A stretch of 58,068 bases of DNA, counting the filler, from Sphacelaria rigidula (Eukaryota), in the NCBI GenBank assembly GCA_964200075.2. It is 8 parts of 8 records of this genome, joined end to end, with 100 filler letters (N's around TTAATTAATTAA, not from the genome) between each part and the next. Parts side by side here need not be neighbours in the genome. Positions count along the whole stretch, not along the records: positions 21,814 to 28,984 come from CAXNAA020016146.1; positions 29,085 to 36,255 come from CAXNAA020016147.1; 6 more parts are not named here. One strand, written 5' to 3'. Made by a program: the position numbers and the translations under genes. Below are positions 23,651-34,365 of the stretch, one piece after another (the first letter of the stretch is position 1; each line of letters opens with the position of its first letter). The notes under the pieces are model-generated. The model saw only the letters and a program-made list of their open reading frames with translations. It searched no databases and was not told the origin of the DNA.

Positions 23651-24830
23651 TAATTCAACCTCGTGGTAACCGTTTTCAAACATGTTTTTTTCGTTAGATT
23701 CCCGAGCCGATGGCGGTTACTACGATTTGAAGCATGTTGAGTTGAATGGAAATTGGGCTGGAAATTCGTAATTTCGATCTCCTAACAACTTGACGGGCGC
23801 TGATTGGTCGATATACTTTTTCGCCCTTGGCGCTACACTATGGCCTTACACTCAAATCCGACTGTCACGCTCTTCGGCTGTCCATGGCGATCAGTATGAT
23901 ATCATGTATGCGACTATTGGGTAGGTATTGCGAAAGACATTTGCTGATGACACAATTTTGGGTGATAAGCGTGAACCAGCCTGTATTAATACTGACGGCT
24001 AGCCCTCCAAGTTCCGATGTCATACGTGACCATTCGGGCTACTGGAGGCAGGGCCCATTGGTCCACTCAACACGCGAGGCCAAACAGAAAGGGAGCCAAA
24101 CTCGAGAGCTACGATCACCAGCCAAGACGAACAGAGTCGCAGGATTCTAAAACCTTCTGGTGTCTGGAGGGACAGCTATGCGTACGAATATCCTACTCGA
24201 AGGCATGACAGGAATATCAGCATAACTTTCGCTTCACAAGATTGAAAATAGAGAGTTTCGGGAAAAGTTTTTTCAAATCTTGGAGTCAGAGTGGAAGAAA
24301 AAATAGCCGGTAACGGTACACTTTCCGCTATCAGGCTTTTTTCAGATCGATTTCTCCAGAGTGAGAGTCCTATTTTCACCACTTCACTCTGAAAACCGTT
24401 GTTCCTCCTCAGAGTTCATAGTGGAATGAAGAAGAATCACGCCCACCTTCACCACCATGGTCGCGTCCAGTCCAAAGTCAAAACACCCTAACAAGCGAAG
24501 TGCGGCATTTATCATGCATCAAAACTGCAGTCACTTGGTACAGCAAGGTGGTATTCTTCTTGCTCGTCTGGCGTCACGCAGCCCATCCTGTATTGCTCGG
24601 TCAAAATATTACAGTAGTACAGACAGAGAGCGCGGACCGTATCATCCATCACGATACGACAGCGGAGCGTTGTGTCTCTCGCGCACTCCTGAATTTATTT
24701 GAAATTATGCACACACACCTTGTAACGAACGATGAACACTGATTTTCCAATGTTGATAGCATCAATTACGTTAGAAGGGCTACTTCAAAAAATCATGCAC
24801 ACGTGACCATTCGGCTTCCCCCTTGAAATC

Positions 24831-24896
24831 CTCTATCGCGATTTTCATCCTCTCGAGGGTAAAGTGACCCTCGGGAGGATGAAAATCGCGATAGAG
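24831..24896. repeat. Near-perfect 30-bp-stem hairpin
   Basis: CTCTATCGCGATTTTCATCCTCTCGAGGGT - AAAGTG - ACCCTCGGGAGGATGAAAATCGCGATAGAG; 29 Watson-Crick pairs and one T-G pair. Confidence 0.95.
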
Positions 24897-26814
24897 ACTA
24901 TTTCATACTCGGTTCCGATCATAAAACGAACCCTGTGGAGGGCATCTGATGCTCCAGTGACTCCCGAGGTCTGAATCCCTCCAGAGGACCAAAAATATGG
25001 TGCTCTGGGGCACGTGATTTTCGTGAACGTCCCTTAGAGGGAAATATGAACAGCAGAGGGGAATATGAGCATCATTCCTGTGGAGGAGGGACCAACTATG
25101 GTCTCTGAGGTATTTGTTGCGACTCCGGAGGACATGGCCGTGCAGTATCCTCCAGCATGTACATTTACACTTACTTGTGCACTTGTGTCCTAACTGCTTC
25201 CAGGGGACCTTTGGGATCATCACACCAGATTTAATATATGTATCACCCGCCGTTCACAGATTGAATCGCAAACCCGACAACACCTCTTCCCGGCAATAAT
25301 ACCACCACAATAACCCTGCAACAAAGAGCATGAGTTGGGCACAGGGATATAGATACACGCTGCAGTAGTTGGGGATGATGTATGTCTTGTTGGTGGAGGT
25401 TTCAACTTGAGCAGCGGGGTATGGTGCAGGCAATAACTGCATACACACCCATGGACAGTACAGTGCAGGCAGACAAAGCTGCGCACACTGTTCACGTCCT
25501 CTTCACGTCGCACTGTAGTCAGAAAACATACGTATAGTCCTGCGCTGTCTGTACTGTACTTTGTCCGCTTCCCTTTCACGTGCCACTGACTGCAGCAGTG
25601 ACCATGCTGCAAGTACGGGCATCGTGATGTATACTCAGTAGCTGACGGTATATAACACCCCCATGCACCCAAAGATACAGGCATCCACTTTGTTTACCAT
25701 ACGTGGCGCATATTCCGCGCCAACTCTGCAGTATATTGCACCGCACGAATATAAGCACGATATGGTACTGTCCTGCAGGCTATTGTACAGTTCATTACAA
25801 CATCAGACCATGTTTTTTGTTGTGATGGTCATATCGTCCTCAACGTACAGAAAAAAACACGATAATTATTTTTCGCGTGTGGAAAACTCCTTCACTTTGG
25901 TGTTGGAATGGTGAACACGGGGCTACGAGCTGGGCCAGCCTAAAAACGGACTTGACCTCTAGAAGCAATATCTCATCGACAAAGACGAGTTGGGCCGTGA
26001 TCGGCATATCGTATTAATCGCCTAATCAAGGGGAGCGTGCCCATCTGCTCAAAAGTTTGCGCCCATATGTTCTCGTTGATTAAATCCCATGCCTAGTAAT
26101 TCCTATACTCAAGGGAGATAGCGCCTATACTAAAATCTCTATGAAACCCCCGATCGATGCATTTAGCAGATGGCGACGAATTTTGGTGTGGGCATTCTCT
26201 GGAGCAAGGGGAGACGACAGATACCCTCACCTTCACCTGATTCGTTATCCATCCCGAGATATGGCGCACATGAGTTTCTATACTAAAACCAATAAATTAC
26301 GAGCAAGGGCACTAGATGCTCTAAATCTGGATAGCGCGTCTCAGTTTTCGAGAGATGTTCCACAAAATTTCGTGTAGTGAACCGCTGGTGCATGATAGAA
26401 AAAAATAAAAACATCTCCTTATCTTTTTCATTTTTTTTCGTGTTTTTAGTGGAGTTTTGAGGAGAAAGTACATCGCTGTGAGGCCGTATCTCCATGTCTT
26501 AGCTCAATTTTGAAAATTTTGAGATCAAAGTTAGTATGGAGAACCACAAAAGAATGCCGGATAAAAAAAAATGAGCCTTCATTTTTCTATTTTTTTTTTA
26601 GAGGTTAGGGCGTTCTCGTGAAGAAATGGTCTCTACCATACCAAAATGCCCTCAACCAGTGGAAAAACGAATAAAAGAAAATCTGGACCACAGCGTTTTG
26701 TTGATCATGCGCTGACGAGGGCTCACCCACAATTTTAATACACGACAAACAAACGTGGGCCGGTGAGTGGCCTGCGAAATACTGTTCTGAATTTCTACCG
26801 ATCCGACTCTTAAA

Positions 26815-27077
26815 AGGCGGATGCGCCGGGCAATATTTAGAGTTGGACCCTGAAATTTGGTATGGACAATGCACAGGGCATGATGAAAAATTGGGAAGAA
26901 GCACCAGAAGTTTTTTTTTCGTGAGTTAATAGCAATAAGTAGTTTTCACGTTTCAGCAACACGCCCTCAACTCACGAAAAGAAAAACTTGTGCTTCTTCC
27001 AGATTTTTTTATGCCCCATTAGTTACCCATACCAAATTTCAGGGTCTAACTCCAAATATTGCCCGGTGCATCCGCCT
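26815..27077. repeat. ~260-bp foldback (long imperfect palindrome)
   Basis: Arms AGGCGGATGC..GGGCAATATTT..GAGTT.GACCCTGAAATTTGGTATGG..GAAGAAGCAC..TTCGTGAGTT pair along about 115 bp. Confidence 0.85.
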
Positions 27078-27777
27078 GCAAACTTTCATGCAGCCTCTAG
27101 GCTGGCCCAGCTCGTACGGGGTTTCGAAAACCGGTGTTGTGCCATAACTACAAGCTAAAGCTACATAGCATGGCTGTGTGTACATACACTCACAATCAGT
27201 GTATGGGATTTGAAACCAGCCAAGCCTGTTGAAGACCTCGATCCGCTTGCATACTTCACATATGAAATAGGGGGCGAGAGGATGAGTTTTCAACTACTTC
27301 TGCTGTTTCTCGAGTCTCATCCACTGATACGGTGCAGTATGTGGGATTTGAACAGCAGAAGCTGCTCGCAAATGAGTCCTCCTTTTGCCCAAGTTCAGGT
27401 ATTGGCGGGCAAATTGGGGATTTATTTCCAACACTTTATGGTGTACAAATTCCATTCACGAGAGTATAGGGGATTTGCACAGCCTCGGCTGTTCGGTATA
27501 AATCCTCTCTGCCTGACTCCAATTTCAGGTTTTATTCAGGATTTATTTTGAACAGCAGAGGCTGTGAAAATTCCAGATTTCCATGGCACTTGTGCCTCCA
27601 GAAACAATCCAGGGAATTCTAATATCGACACAGACTTTCGAGGGCCCCGACATTGAAAATCCTCTGGAGGATTACGAATACCCAAGATCCTCTAGGGGGG
27701 ATTTTAGAACTGACGGAACCGAGGATGACGTTTGAGAATTCCTTTACGAGGTGGCCGAATGGCCGCGTGTGTACAGT

Positions 27778-27996
27778 GAGCAATGACTCGAGTGCTCGCG
27801 CCATTAGCTTGTTTCCGCAACGAGCAATGACTCGAGTGCTCGTCCCATTATTTTCTTCCCCAACGAGCGATGACTCGAGTGCTCGCCCTATTATTTTTTC
27901 CAACTACGGGAATGACACGAGTGCTCGCTCCATCATTTTTTTTCCAACGAGCAATGACTCGAGTGCTCGCTCCATTAATTTTTACGGCCAACGAGC
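27778..27996. repeat. Minisatellite, ~5.5 units of ~42 bp with palindromic core GAGCAATGACTCGAGTGCTC
   Basis: Direct inspection; the inter-core segments are mutually similar (CCATTA...TTTTCC). Confidence 0.9.
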
Positions 27997-29086
27997 AGCT
28001 CAAAGAGTGCGAGTGCCACGAGTCACACTCGTGCTCGTCCGACGTATGTATGCAAATTTTACGCTTCAACTCTGAATATTGCCCGACGCACTCGCCTGCA
28101 AAGTTCAAATCCGCCTCTAGGCTGCCCCAGCCCGTCGTCCAAAACCAAGTGTTCGTGCCGTTCAACTCGTTGCGCGTTTCAGCCCAATACAGTTATGGGG
28201 GTGAGTGAAGGTCTTACCGACCAAAAATCCTTGGTCAACAAAAAAATACGAACGCGGAGGGATATTGAAGACGTCATTGACAGGAAGCGAATCGGCCTGT
28301 GGCACTTGACAGCCCCCGCGCACACACTAGATGTATTCAGCGCCAAAACGGGCTTGCTCAATTCGCCACAGCGGATCCGAAACGCTGCTGAACGTCGAAG
28401 ATGATGCGTTTTTAGTATATTTTGGCGGTTTGCAGAGTGCGGCCAGCTCCGCGGCACGCGTTACGGCAAACCGTTTTGGCGCTGAAAAGTTCTGGTGTGG
28501 GAAACACACGCATCGAACCGCAGTTCAGTCCTCTGCCTCGTCGCCGAGATATCTGCGTTGAAAAATCGGCACTTGCGGCTTCAGGAACAGCAGCGTTTAT
28601 CGAGGTGAAATATGCGGGATTCTCAAATGCTCGGTGTTTGGAAACTCAAGAAGAAAACGGACTCTCGCGCAGCATGGACAAGGTACAAGGGAAAAACCGG
28701 TCAAGACTTATCCTGTGCCTTGACAGCCGCGCGCAAGGTCAAGGCGGCGGCTCAACGCGCAGAGAAGGCTGAAAAAGAACTCCAGGTTGCCACCGAAAGG
28801 CTCAACGCGGTCACCGATAAGTCTGACGCGTCTGCTTCATGTCAGAGTGTCGGGTCCAGCGCATAAGCCAAGCCGGGGCACCCAATTTTTATTGCGGTCC
28901 TTTGGACCCTTCACAGTCGGGAGACAGCAATGATGTTTTCCGTAACTGACTGTGACTACTAATAACAATATGTGAACAATGCAANNNNNNNNNNNNNNNN
29001 NNNNNNNNNNNNNNNNNNNNNNNNNNNNTTAATTAATTAANNNNNNNNNNNNNNNNNNNNNNNNNNNNNNNNNNNNNNNNNNNNGT

Positions 29087-29245
29087 GTTACTTTCTGGAA
29101 AGACTTTGGAGGTCTCAAGGTCAAGGGTCAGGTGTATGACTACGGGAGTCGCTTTTGGCGAGTACGATACGAAGACGGAGACTGGGAGGAGCTATCGCGC
29201 CAGGAACTAGACCGCTTAACACGGGAAAAAGGACCCGTACTTTGA
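29087..29245 (+). CDS. C-terminal Tudor-like domain, probably the end of a Ty3/Gypsy integrase (5' truncated by the contig edge; not in the ORF track)
   Basis: Translation VTFWKDFGGLKVKGQVYDYGSRFWRVRYEDGDWEELSRQELDRLTREKGPVL* has the Tudor pattern K.F..G.V..Y....W.V.YEDGD.EEL. It is followed by a polypurine tract and TGT at 29948. Confidence 0.7.
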   Translation, partial: VTFWKDFGGLKVKGQVYDYGSRFWRVRYEDGDWEELSRQELDRLTREKGPVL

Positions 29246-29932
29246 CCTGGAGTAGGAATGTCTAGGAATAGTCGTTATATATGAAATGGCACAGGATATC
29301 ATTACACAGGGAAGGGGGTTGTAATATAAGCAAGAAGAATTGGTGGTACCGTACTCTTCAGTATGACTTGCAAGCGTGCCTGTTTTTGTTTCTTCTTTCT
29401 TTCTGCTTGGTGTTCCTTGGCTTGTCCGGTTCCCATTTTGTAACATGAAAATATATTTACGAGCCAAGGCGCGTGGGCTCTATTCGTAGCATAAAACATC
29501 GGTAGTTACAGGCAGGCACTTCCCAAAAGCTGCACTCCCGTAACTATTGATGAATTCGTGGAAAGGTTGTTTTTAGCGAATCCAACGTAAGTTGGATGTG
29601 GTTAAAGCCCCGCACTACCCTGGAATTCAGTGTAACTGATCTGGGGTGTCGACGCGCGATGAAGCTAATTAGCTAATCGTTCTCCAGTCTAACTGAGATC
29701 CCGGGAAAACGACAGCGATCGCACTTGTCTGCGGTTTCTGTCGATTGGAAAGGGCGCTAGAGATTTTTTTCCTTTCTTAACGGATAGGGTTTCCCCCGTC
29801 TAACGGGGTTTACCTATCTATTAGATACCGAGTTTTCCCGTGCAACATCAGTTGCAGATTTTTCTGGTTTCCTTATTTTTACGTGTTGATGCACAGGCTT
29901 TGTTTCCCACATTTCTTTCGCTTAGCCTTATT

Positions 29933-29955
29933 AAAAGGCTGGGGGGATGTTCCGG
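29933..29955 (+). promoter_or_regulatory. Polypurine tract followed by putative LTR start (TGT at 29948)
   Basis: AAAAGGCTGGGGGGA|TGTTCCGG, about 700 bp downstream of the Tudor stop. The LTR end is unresolved; candidates are CGGAACA at 30696 and GATCACA at 32337. Confidence 0.55.
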
Positions 29956-31034
29956 ATTGATCGGTTATGGTCCAGTCGAGTAGATTCCATGTTTCATACT
30001 CTTGCGTTGTCTAGCCCGACAGGTCATGGACCATTCTGAGTCTGTTTGATTTCGACAGTGCCCCCTACTCGGACACAGTCTTTTGGGAACTCATCTCAAC
30101 GTACACGTAGCAGCTATCAGCCGGTTGCCAAACATACAAGAAGCATCAACACTATCGCGGACTGCTATCTCAGAGGAGCCTTTGGCCTTCACCAATGTAA
30201 GCCCGCATTGCACGCATCATATGGGTCTTGTCTCCGGCGTGAACCTTGGGCATGTGCCGGGCCACAAGTGTGTGGGTTGACTCCCACCTGATGAATCGAG
30301 CTCAATGGCTTCGATACTAATGATTGTGTTTGAGCAGCTAGCCTGGTGCCCACTGAACTGGCACCATTACCAGCTAGAGTATCGAGCCTTGACATGGTGT
30401 CCATCCGTGCTTGTGTAGAGTCAACTCCGGCATGACCCCAAAAGGCGTAGCATGCGCCTCCGTAAATTTTTTTGTTTGGGGAGGTTGAGATTTCATCTTG
30501 TCGTGTCACTAGACTTATATATGGTAAACAGTTTGCCTTACAACAATGAGGAGAAAATCCACACAGCAACAAACGCCCTTCTCTCCATGAGTGCGAAACA
30601 ACGCAACAGCGCTGCTGCACAGTTGCGTGCTCTCACTGTTTTCAATAGCAAAAACAACCGCACCAGGATATGCTTGTACGACAATTACGCGGAACAGTAA
30701 AGAGAGAGCATGGACTAGGTAGGCTTTGTCGTCCTGTCTGTTCGTGGTATTGCGTTGTTGCCCGCCGCGTTGCACTGCGTTATATACAACCCAAGCAGAG
30801 CGCCACCAACGGCTTTATGCACGAGTTCATCCGGGATGGTTCATCAGCACGCCACTGCAGGCGTTCAAAGCAAAAGTGAAATAACCTAGCCAAAACAATT
30901 GAAAGGCAATACGGTTGAACGAGAACTGCACGAGTCAACGAACCAGAGGGCCTACAACTACGTCGGGGTGTTTTGGGACAGCAAGTTCCAGACAGCTCCG
31001 GAAGCTGTACGCCAGCGTTGCTATTATCCCTTGT

Positions 31035-31258
31035 TGTGGCTGTTCGTTGTTTGTTTGCTGCGGTTCGTTGTTGTCCTTTATTTTTGTTATTGTGCTGCTG
31101 CTGCTGCTACTGCCTGTGGCTGTCCGTTGTTTTGGTTGCTGCGGTTCGTTGTTGTCCTTTATTTTTGTTATTGTGCTGCCGCTACCGTCTGTGGCTGTCT
31201 GTTGTTGGGTTGCTGCGGTTCGTTGTTGTCCTTTGTTTTTGTTATTGTGCTGCTGCTT
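31035..31258. repeat. Tandem repeat, 3 x ~75-80 bp, GT-rich
   Basis: Unit core TTGCTGCGGTTCGTTGTTGTCCTTTATTTTTGTTATTGTGCTGC. Confidence 0.9.
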
Positions 31259-31765
31259 TGCTGTGTTGCTGTCGCTTGTGTGACTACTATAAACTTTCAT
31301 GTTGCAGTTGCTGCGGCTGTTTCCGCTGTACTGACAGTTACCCTGCTGTGTGGTTACTGTTCCTCCTAAAGAACAATGCAATTTTGTTTTGCTGCCCTGC
31401 AGTTACTGTCCCGCCTAAGGCGTTACGATTTTTGACTTTAACGCCCATGGGTAGTTGTACCCTGCTGGCTATCGCACTGCCTGTTCAGCCCTCATGAGCG
31501 CGTAATGCCGCTTACACCGGCATGTAAAGTCACGAGTAGTTTCCCACTCGCGTAGTTTCCCACTCGCGTAGTTTCCCACTCTGCTGCTTGTACGGTGCCC
31601 CACTTCGACCGCATGAGTTTTTACCGATAAACGATTGTCATCACCATGTGTGCCTAAATTGTTGTACGGAGGTCCCCATGCGTCTGTTCCCCTGAAATGC
31701 ACCTCTTCATGTTGACGAGACGTTGTTCGCTGTTGTGGCCTACCCGCACAGTACAGTGGCTTTCC

Positions 31766-31925
31766 CTGCATCGCGTCACCATCATCCCGTTTGGTCGGGA
31801 TCACACATTTTACTAATTGTGTGTACGGGTTGGCCGGGAATTTAGACTGCATCGCGTCACCATCATCCCTTTTGATCGGAATCACACAAGTTACTAATTG
31901 TGTGTACGGGTTGGCCGGGAATTTA
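31766..31925. repeat. Tandem duplication, 2 x 81 bp (also 3 x GTAGTTTCCCACT-containing units at about 31536-31580)
   Basis: CTGCATCGCGTCACCATCATCCC...GGGTTGGCCGGGAATTTA occurs at 31766 and 31847. Confidence 0.9.
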
Positions 31926-32430
31926 AATATTCGTTTTGAAGCCGCTGCTGCCCGTACTGTTCATCACTGCGGTCGCTTCGATTGACGACAATCCTTTGAT
32001 GACCAACCTTTGATGACCGATCCTTCTCGACTGAAAAATAAAATAAAATAGAATGCCCCAAAAAATAAATAATGAAATGATGCGTGCTGGAAAAAAGTAA
32101 AGCATCGTGAAATAGTGGGTCCTTGCAAAAGATGATCAGTCCTTCAACGCTGACCACGCTAACTGTCATTGAAAGCATTTACTAATGCACGCGATGCTTC
32201 CGTTCCTCTCCCTTCTGTCCTGTCGGCGTCCTTCTCCCTCTCTCGGCCGTTGTTATCGGTTTTCGTTTCCTTGCCCCATACTGATATGGGGCAAACAAAA
32301 ACTGTGTTGCTGCGCATCTCTGTTTTCTTGGATCACATCTCATTGTGACCATGGGAAATGACGAAACACACGCGCCGCCGATTTTTCATGCTGTACTGTT
32401 TCATGCTGTACCAGTTGATAAGTAAAGCAA

Positions 32431-34365
32431 ATGTCTGGCAGAGGCGCAGAAGGTGGTGAGGGACGGGGAGGGAGGAACGATAGACGCCGCTCAGACTCCA
32501 GGTTCTCCTCAGCACGCGGCAGTCGTTCCGATTCCCGGGACTCCCGCTCCCGCTCTCGCTTTCACCGCCGCGGTCGTAGCCGTTCCGATTCACGAGACTC
32601 CCGTAGCGCTCGCCGTAGCTCCCTCCGCCCCTCGCGCTCTCGTTCTACCTTCCCTCGCCGCAACCTGTCCCGCGTGACTTACCGCTCCTCGAGCCGTCCC
32701 AGAATGAGTCGTGACAATCGGTCATCCAGGGACAGACATGAGACGGAGGGAAGCGTCAACAGAGAGGAAGGGGTGGGGCCGAAGCCAATCAACTGGCTAA
32801 GGTGAACAAACGGGTGCTGAATCGCATTGCGAACACCTCAAGGATGCCAGTGTACATGGGCACTTTCCCAGGTAAGCTAACCATCGTCAACAGTGCAGTA
32901 CTTCTTCAAGAAAAGATTTGGAGCACATTGCGTCACGTGGAACGTGCCGCGCTGAAGCTCCCCGAAGATGTACCGCTGGGTGGGGGAAGGTGGGGCACTA
33001 AAGTCGACAAGTACTCGCCCCGTCGCCGTGACTTACTCTTAGACTTGCTTGCAAAGGGTAGCACTACTGCCACAGCCTTGCTATCGGGCACTGACAATCG
33101 GGTGTACCGAATCTCGGGAGGATCGGAAATTGTTCGCTATGAGCAGGTAACGGTTACTGATTGGTTGCGTCTGTTGGTGCGTGAACAAGCTCTTAACAGT
33201 AACTCCGCCGAAAATGCGCGAGAGGCGTTGAAGGAACTTACCCTGAAAAACGGTGAGTCTTGGGAGCATGTGGCTGAGCGAGTTTTGTTGGCTTATAAAG
33301 CAACCCTAGCTTGCGCAAGCCGTCCGCACGCCACTGAAACTGACTTTTTCTGGACTTTCATCACGAAAGAGCAACTGAACGAACTATATAAATGCATCGT
33401 CCGAGCCGTCTTGCCCGATGAAGCGCGCAGGGAGGGCATGCAATCAATACTCCACGAGAAAATGAGTGTAGCAGACACCAAGCTCGCCAACATGGCAGAG
33501 GAGCTGCAAAACCCCCTGGGGGGACCTATGCGCTGCCGCGGTGAAGTGACAAAAGAGTTGTACGAAGAGTTTATCAAAGTTCTCACTGCGCGCCCCTCGA
33601 CACATTACACGAAGCCCGTTCAGAAAAAAACAAGTCGCACGGTAGGGCCAGATCATTTTTTTCTCGCTAGAGGATATTCAACAAATGCCCCCCGCGCAAT
33701 TCGCTGCGCTCCGTGGTGGAAATGAAGGATTGATGCCCCGTTTTGCCGCAGACCCTGTGTCCGCTCCCAGAATCTCACCACAGGTAGAGTACGCGCAACC
33801 TCAACCGCAGTCGAGCAAGCGCGCTCAGCGGCAGACACAGGCCCTGGCGGCAGCATTCAACAACACACCAAGGGCCATCCCAGGGCAGCACGGTGTATTT
33901 TTCGTGGAGCAGAAGCAACGGTCGGCCAGAGAAGTGCAGAATCAAGGCTGGGCAGCGGCCGCGAAAGAAGTGTCTTCGTCGCATGCTGCACCACCCCCGC
34001 CTTCAAGTTCATCCTCGGCTGGGAGCACCCGTGACGACCAAGCCGCCCCTTCCCCGACTGGCGATCGAGACGAGGTCATCGATTACCTCCGCAGGAACAA
34101 GATCTGCTTCGGCCACGCTTTCACAGGTACCTGCCGCCGCCGTGACGGCACTCCCTGTCCGTACACGCACGGCATCATCTCACCTGCTCACTACAGGAAC
34201 GTCCAGGCCCGCCGAAGAGCCGCTGTCCCCCGAAAGCGCCTCGCAGCTCTTACGGAATCCCAATACCTAGCGGCGATCGACATGGGCCTGATCAACGAGG
34301 GTAGCGATGGTGGACAGGAAGACGAAGAAGAAGGGACGTCCTCCGACAGCAACAGTGAAAAATGA
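32431..34365 (+). pseudogene. Gag of a Ty3/Gypsy retrotransposon: RS-rich N-terminus, helical core, CCCH zinc finger; two compensating frameshifts
   Basis: ORFs 32431-32805, 32802-33725 and 33685-34365; the first and third share a frame. Finger CFGHAFTGTCRRRDGTPCPYTH at 34105-34170. Lies directly upstream of protease-RT. Confidence 0.75.

Noticed and set aside
27778-27996. CRISPR-like array with palindromic repeats
   Set aside because: The 'spacers' are short (16-20 bp) and similar to each other, there are no cas genes, and the context is eukaryotic; it is a minisatellite.
30265-30325. Type III hammerhead-like motif (GTGGG..CCCAC CTGATGA stem)
   Set aside because: The GAAA core is absent (GATA, and paired within the stem) and there is no NUH cleavage triplet before stem I.
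30899-31497. Cys/Leu-rich and Gln/Thr-rich ORFs
   Set aside because: These are translations of a GT-rich tandem repeat in several frames.
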